Source: an uncultured bacterium (GTDB lineage: Bacteria > Desulfobacterota > Desulfobaccia > Desulfobaccales > 0-14-0-80-60-11). From it: a stretch of 64,000 nt of DNA. The DNA lies in assembly GCA_937943575.1 (NCBI GenBank), contig CALEAV010000007.1:80508-144507 (forward strand), in the 5' to 3' direction. Shown in pieces: positions 61,357-64,000 of the stretch (within the stretch, counting starts at the first letter, position 1; each line of letters opens with the position of its first letter). The notes beneath the pieces are model-generated. The model was not told the DNA's origin. It saw only the letters and a program-made list of their open reading frames with translations, and searched no databases. The translations under genes and the position numbers were made by a program.

Positions 61357-61986
61357 ATGCCCCGCCCCGGAGTGCCGGACCCCTACCGGCGCCGGGCCCG
61401 GGAAGCCGGCTACGTCTCCCGGGCCGTCTTCAAACTCAAGGCCATGGATGCCAGATTTCATCTGGTGCGCCGGGGGCAGCGGGTGCTGGACCTGGGGTGC
61501 AGCCCCGGGTCCTGGCTGCAATACCTGGGCGAGCGGGTGGGCCCCCAGGGGCTGGTGCTGGGGGTGGATGTGAAGCCGCCCGCCGTGTCCCTTAAGCCGC
61601 CCCTAGACTTTCTGGCCGGGGATGTGCAAAGTCTAGACTTGGCGGCCCTCCGGGAAAAGGCGCCGAGCTTCGACCTGGTGGTGAGTGATCTGGCGCCCGC
61701 CACCAGCGGCATCCGGGAGGTGGATGAAAGCCGCTCCCTGGCCCTGGCCCGGGCGGCCCTGGCCGCGGCCCGCCAGCTCCTGCGGCCGGGGGGCCATTTC
61801 CTGGTCAAGGTCTTCGAGGGGCCGGATCTCCCCCAGCTGGTGGCGGAGGTGGGGCAGGTCTTCGCCGAGGTGCACCGGGCCAAACCGGCCGGCTCCCGGG
61901 CGGCCAGCCGGGAGCTCTATCTGGTGGGGCTCAAAAAAAAGGGGGCGCCCCCGCCCCCGGACCAGAACCCGGGGCAGCATGGCTGA
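61357..61986 (+). CDS. rlmE: 23S rRNA U2552 2'-O-methyltransferase RlmE (FtsJ)
   Basis: [12 protein letters not shown]-like [16 protein letters not shown] motif [30 protein letters not shown]. Confidence 0.9.
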   Translation: MPRPGVPDPYRRRAREAGYVSRAVFKLKAMDARFHLVRRGQRVLDLGCSPGSWLQYLGERVGPQGLVLGVDVKPPAVSLKPPLDFLAGDVQSLDLAALREKAPSFDLVVSDLAPATSGIREVDESRSLALARAALAAARQLLRPGGHFLVKVFEGPDLPQLVAEVGQVFAEVHRAKPAGSRAASRELYLVGLKKKGAPPPPDQNPGQHG

Positions 61987-62003
61987 AAGGAGGTGGGGCC
62001 ACC

Positions 62004-62750
62004 ATGTCCGGTCATTCCAAGTGGAGCACCATCAAACGCAAAAAAGGCGCATTGGACGCCAAGCGGGGCAAGATCTTCAGCAAGCTGGCCAAGGAGATCA
62101 CCGTGGCCGCCCGCCTCGGGGGCGGGGACCCCAGCGGCAACCCCAGGCTCAGGGCCGCCATCGCCGCCGCCAAGGAAGAGAACATGCCCAAGGAGAACAT
62201 CATCCGGGCCATCCGCAAGGGCACCGGCGAAGAGGGCGGCGGCAGCGCCCTGGAGGAGGTCTACTACGAGGGCTACGGCCCCGAGGGCGTGGCCCTCATC
62301 GTGGAGAGCCTGACCGACAACAAAAACCGCACCGTGGCCGATGTCCGGCACCTCTTCGCCAAGTTCGGCGGCAGCCTGGGCGAGCCGGGCTGCGTGGCCT
62401 GGATGTTCGACAAAAAAGGGGTCATCGTCTTTGAGGGCGTGGAGGAGGACGCCCTCCTGGAGGCCGCCCTGGAGTGCGGCGCCGAGGACCTGCAGAATTC
62501 CGGCAGCCAGCTGGAGGTCCTCACCGACCCGGCCAATTTTGTGGAGGTCAAGGAGGCCCTGGAGGCCAGGGGCTTCAAACCGGTCCTGGCGGAAATTCAG
62601 CTGCGGCCCAAGACCACGGTGTCCATCACCGAGGAGGAGCGGGCCCAGAAGGTCCTCAAGCTGGTGGAGATGCTGGAGGACCACGACGATGTCAGCAATG
62701 TCTTCGCCAACTTCGACATCCCGGACAAGATCATGGAGGGTCTGATGTGA
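62004..62750 (+). CDS. yebC: YebC/PmpR-family transcriptional regulator
   Basis: [32 protein letters not shown]; 248 aa full-length YebC. Confidence 0.93.
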   Translation: MSGHSKWSTIKRKKGALDAKRGKIFSKLAKEITVAARLGGGDPSGNPRLRAAIAAAKEENMPKENIIRAIRKGTGEEGGGSALEEVYYEGYGPEGVALIVESLTDNKNRTVADVRHLFAKFGGSLGEPGCVAWMFDKKGVIVFEGVEEDALLEAALECGAEDLQNSGSQLEVLTDPANFVEVKEALEARGFKPVLAEIQLRPKTTVSITEEERAQKVLKLVEMLEDHDDVSNVFANFDIPDKIMEGLM

Positions 62751-63238
62751 GGCCCCTGGTGGTGGTGGGGGTGGATCCCGGCTCCCAGGCCACCGGGTTC
62801 GGGGTGGTGGCTGCCCTGGGCCGGGAGCTCTCCCACCTGGCTCACGGCCAGATCGCCCCCCGGGGCCGGGCCCCCCTGCCGGAGCGCCTGCGTCAAATTT
62901 ATGACGCCCTGCTGGCGCTCCTGGAGTCCCACCGCCCCCAGAGCCTGGCCCTGGAGGACCTGTTTCTGGCCCGCAATGTGAAAAGCGCTTTCACTTTGGG
63001 GCAGGTGCGGGGGGTGATCCTGCTGGCGGCGGCCCAGGCCGGGGTGCCGGTGCAGGTCTATCCGGCCCTGGTGGTGAAAAAGGCGGTGGTGGGCTACGGC
63101 CAGGCCAGCAAGTCCCAGGTGCAGCTCATGGTGGAGCAACTCCTGGGCCTGAAGGTCGCCGGACCCCATGCCGCCGACGCCCTGGCGGTGGGGCTCTGCC
63201 ACCTCTTCCACCTGCGCTTCCCCCTTCAGGCCCCATGA
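62747..63238 (+). CDS. ruvC: Holliday junction resolvase RuvC
   Basis: GTG start at 62747 overlapping the yebC stop (GTGA). [34 protein letters not shown]. Confidence 0.9.
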   Translation: MRPLVVVGVDPGSQATGFGVVAALGRELSHLAHGQIAPRGRAPLPERLRQIYDALLALLESHRPQSLALEDLFLARNVKSAFTLGQVRGVILLAAAQAGVPVQVYPALVVKKAVVGYGQASKSQVQLMVEQLLGLKVAGPHAADALAVGLCHLFHLRFPLQAP

Positions 63239-63816
63239 TCGGCTTCCTGGAAGGCCGCCTCCAAGAGAAGACCCCCGGGCAGATCCTCCTGCAGGTGGGC
63301 GGCGTGGGCTACCAGGTTCTCATCTCCCTTACCACCTTTTACGCCCTGCCCGAGCCCCCGGCGCAGGTGTCCCTGCACATCCACACCCGCCTGCAGGAGG
63401 AGGCCCTGAATCTGTATGGCTTTGCCGACCCGGAGGAAAGGGACCTGTTCCTCCAGCTCCTCAGCATCCCCCGGGTGGGGGCCCGCATGGCTCTCAACAT
63501 CTTAAGCGGCGTGGGGCCGGAGGAGTTCCGCCAGGCCCTGGCCGCAGGCGACGTCCGGCGGCTGGCGGCCATCCCCGGGGTGGGGAAAAAGACCGCCGAG
63601 CGCATCGTCCTGGAGCTTAAGGACAAGCCCCGCCCGGCCCCCAAAGGACGCCCCCGACCGGCCTCGGATCAGGCCCGGGAGGATGCGCTGTCCGCCCTCC
63701 TCAACTTAGGCTATACCCGGGCCCAGGCGGACAAGGCCCTGGACACGGCCGCCGCCCAGGGGGCCCGCAGCCTGGAGGAGCTGCTGCGCCACGCCCTGAG
63801 GTGGCTGGCGAGATGA
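63235..63816 (+). CDS. ruvA: Holliday junction DNA helicase subunit RuvA
   Basis: MIGFLEGRL...GGVGYQV, HhH motifs (IPRVGARMAL; IPGVGKKTAERIVLELKDK), C-terminal domain III. Confidence 0.93.
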   Translation: MIGFLEGRLQEKTPGQILLQVGGVGYQVLISLTTFYALPEPPAQVSLHIHTRLQEEALNLYGFADPEERDLFLQLLSIPRVGARMALNILSGVGPEEFRQALAAGDVRRLAAIPGVGKKTAERIVLELKDKPRPAPKGRPRPASDQAREDALSALLNLGYTRAQADKALDTAAAQGARSLEELLRHALRWLAR

Positions 63817-64000
63817 GACCCGGCGGGGGTGGCCCCCCTGCCCGGGGCTCCCCTCCCCCCCGGATTGACCCGCGCCGGGCCAGGCGCATTGACGGCGGTT
63901 GAACGGCTGTTTCCCACCCGGATTCTGCGCCGGGGGGCTGCGACCCTGCCGGGTCAGCTGATTGTCTCCCCCCGGGGGTGGCGGGGAGCTTCGGGCAGGG

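Noticed and set aside
63817-64000. Start of ruvB after ruvA.
   Set aside because: No ORF with the RuvB N-terminal pattern begins in the last 184 nt, and the sequence looks intergenic. Nothing is called.

Overview
Very GC-rich bacterial chromosomal window, mostly conserved housekeeping genes on both strands.

Gene content in order:
- a His-Asp / c-di-GMP phosphorelay trio (1-3709)
- a cobalamin-riboswitch-controlled btuB-btuF-btuC uptake locus whose ATPase gene survives only as a decayed stub (4205-8840)
- a lower-GC TauE/SafE gene beside tRNA-Gln
- a thiC-family gene, dxr-rseP, tsaB, purM, punA, ridA
- glmU-glmS
- the F1Fo operon atpF'-F-H-A-G-D-C (no a/c subunit genes here)
- rodA
- two tRNA-Ser followed by dnaX-ybaB-recR
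- tadA with three small unknown genes
- an AICAR-transformylase-only purH
- a cupin / ferredoxin / DUF488-PAS / radical-SAM / metzincin block
- rpmB, proS-rel, ade
- a 12-gene flagellar export and regulation operon (fliLMNOPQR-flhBAFG-fliA) with uncharacterised tail genes
- rlmE, yebC, ruvC, ruvA

I saw no CRISPR array, transposase, integrase or recognisable defence system.

Most noteworthy observations:
1. A small HMA-fold protein is split by an in-frame TGA exactly at the first Cys of the CxxC metal site. This is a candidate UxxC selenoprotein.
2. A single orphan gene sits immediately 3' of glmS (the attTn7-equivalent position), bracketed by perfect 24-bp direct repeats.
3. The 218-nt structured glmU-glmS spacer carries a tandem CCUCCU-containing repeat.
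4. About 1.2 kb between ade and proS has no intact gene but holds frame-broken coding-like patches.
5. A DUF488-PAS fusion gene has both ends falling at G-homopolymers with frame ambiguities. It lies head-to-head with a CX4CX2C radical-SAM gene.

All calls rest on reading the sequence and the ORF translations by eye; no searches were run. The many long antisense ORFs are treated as GC-driven shadow ORFs.
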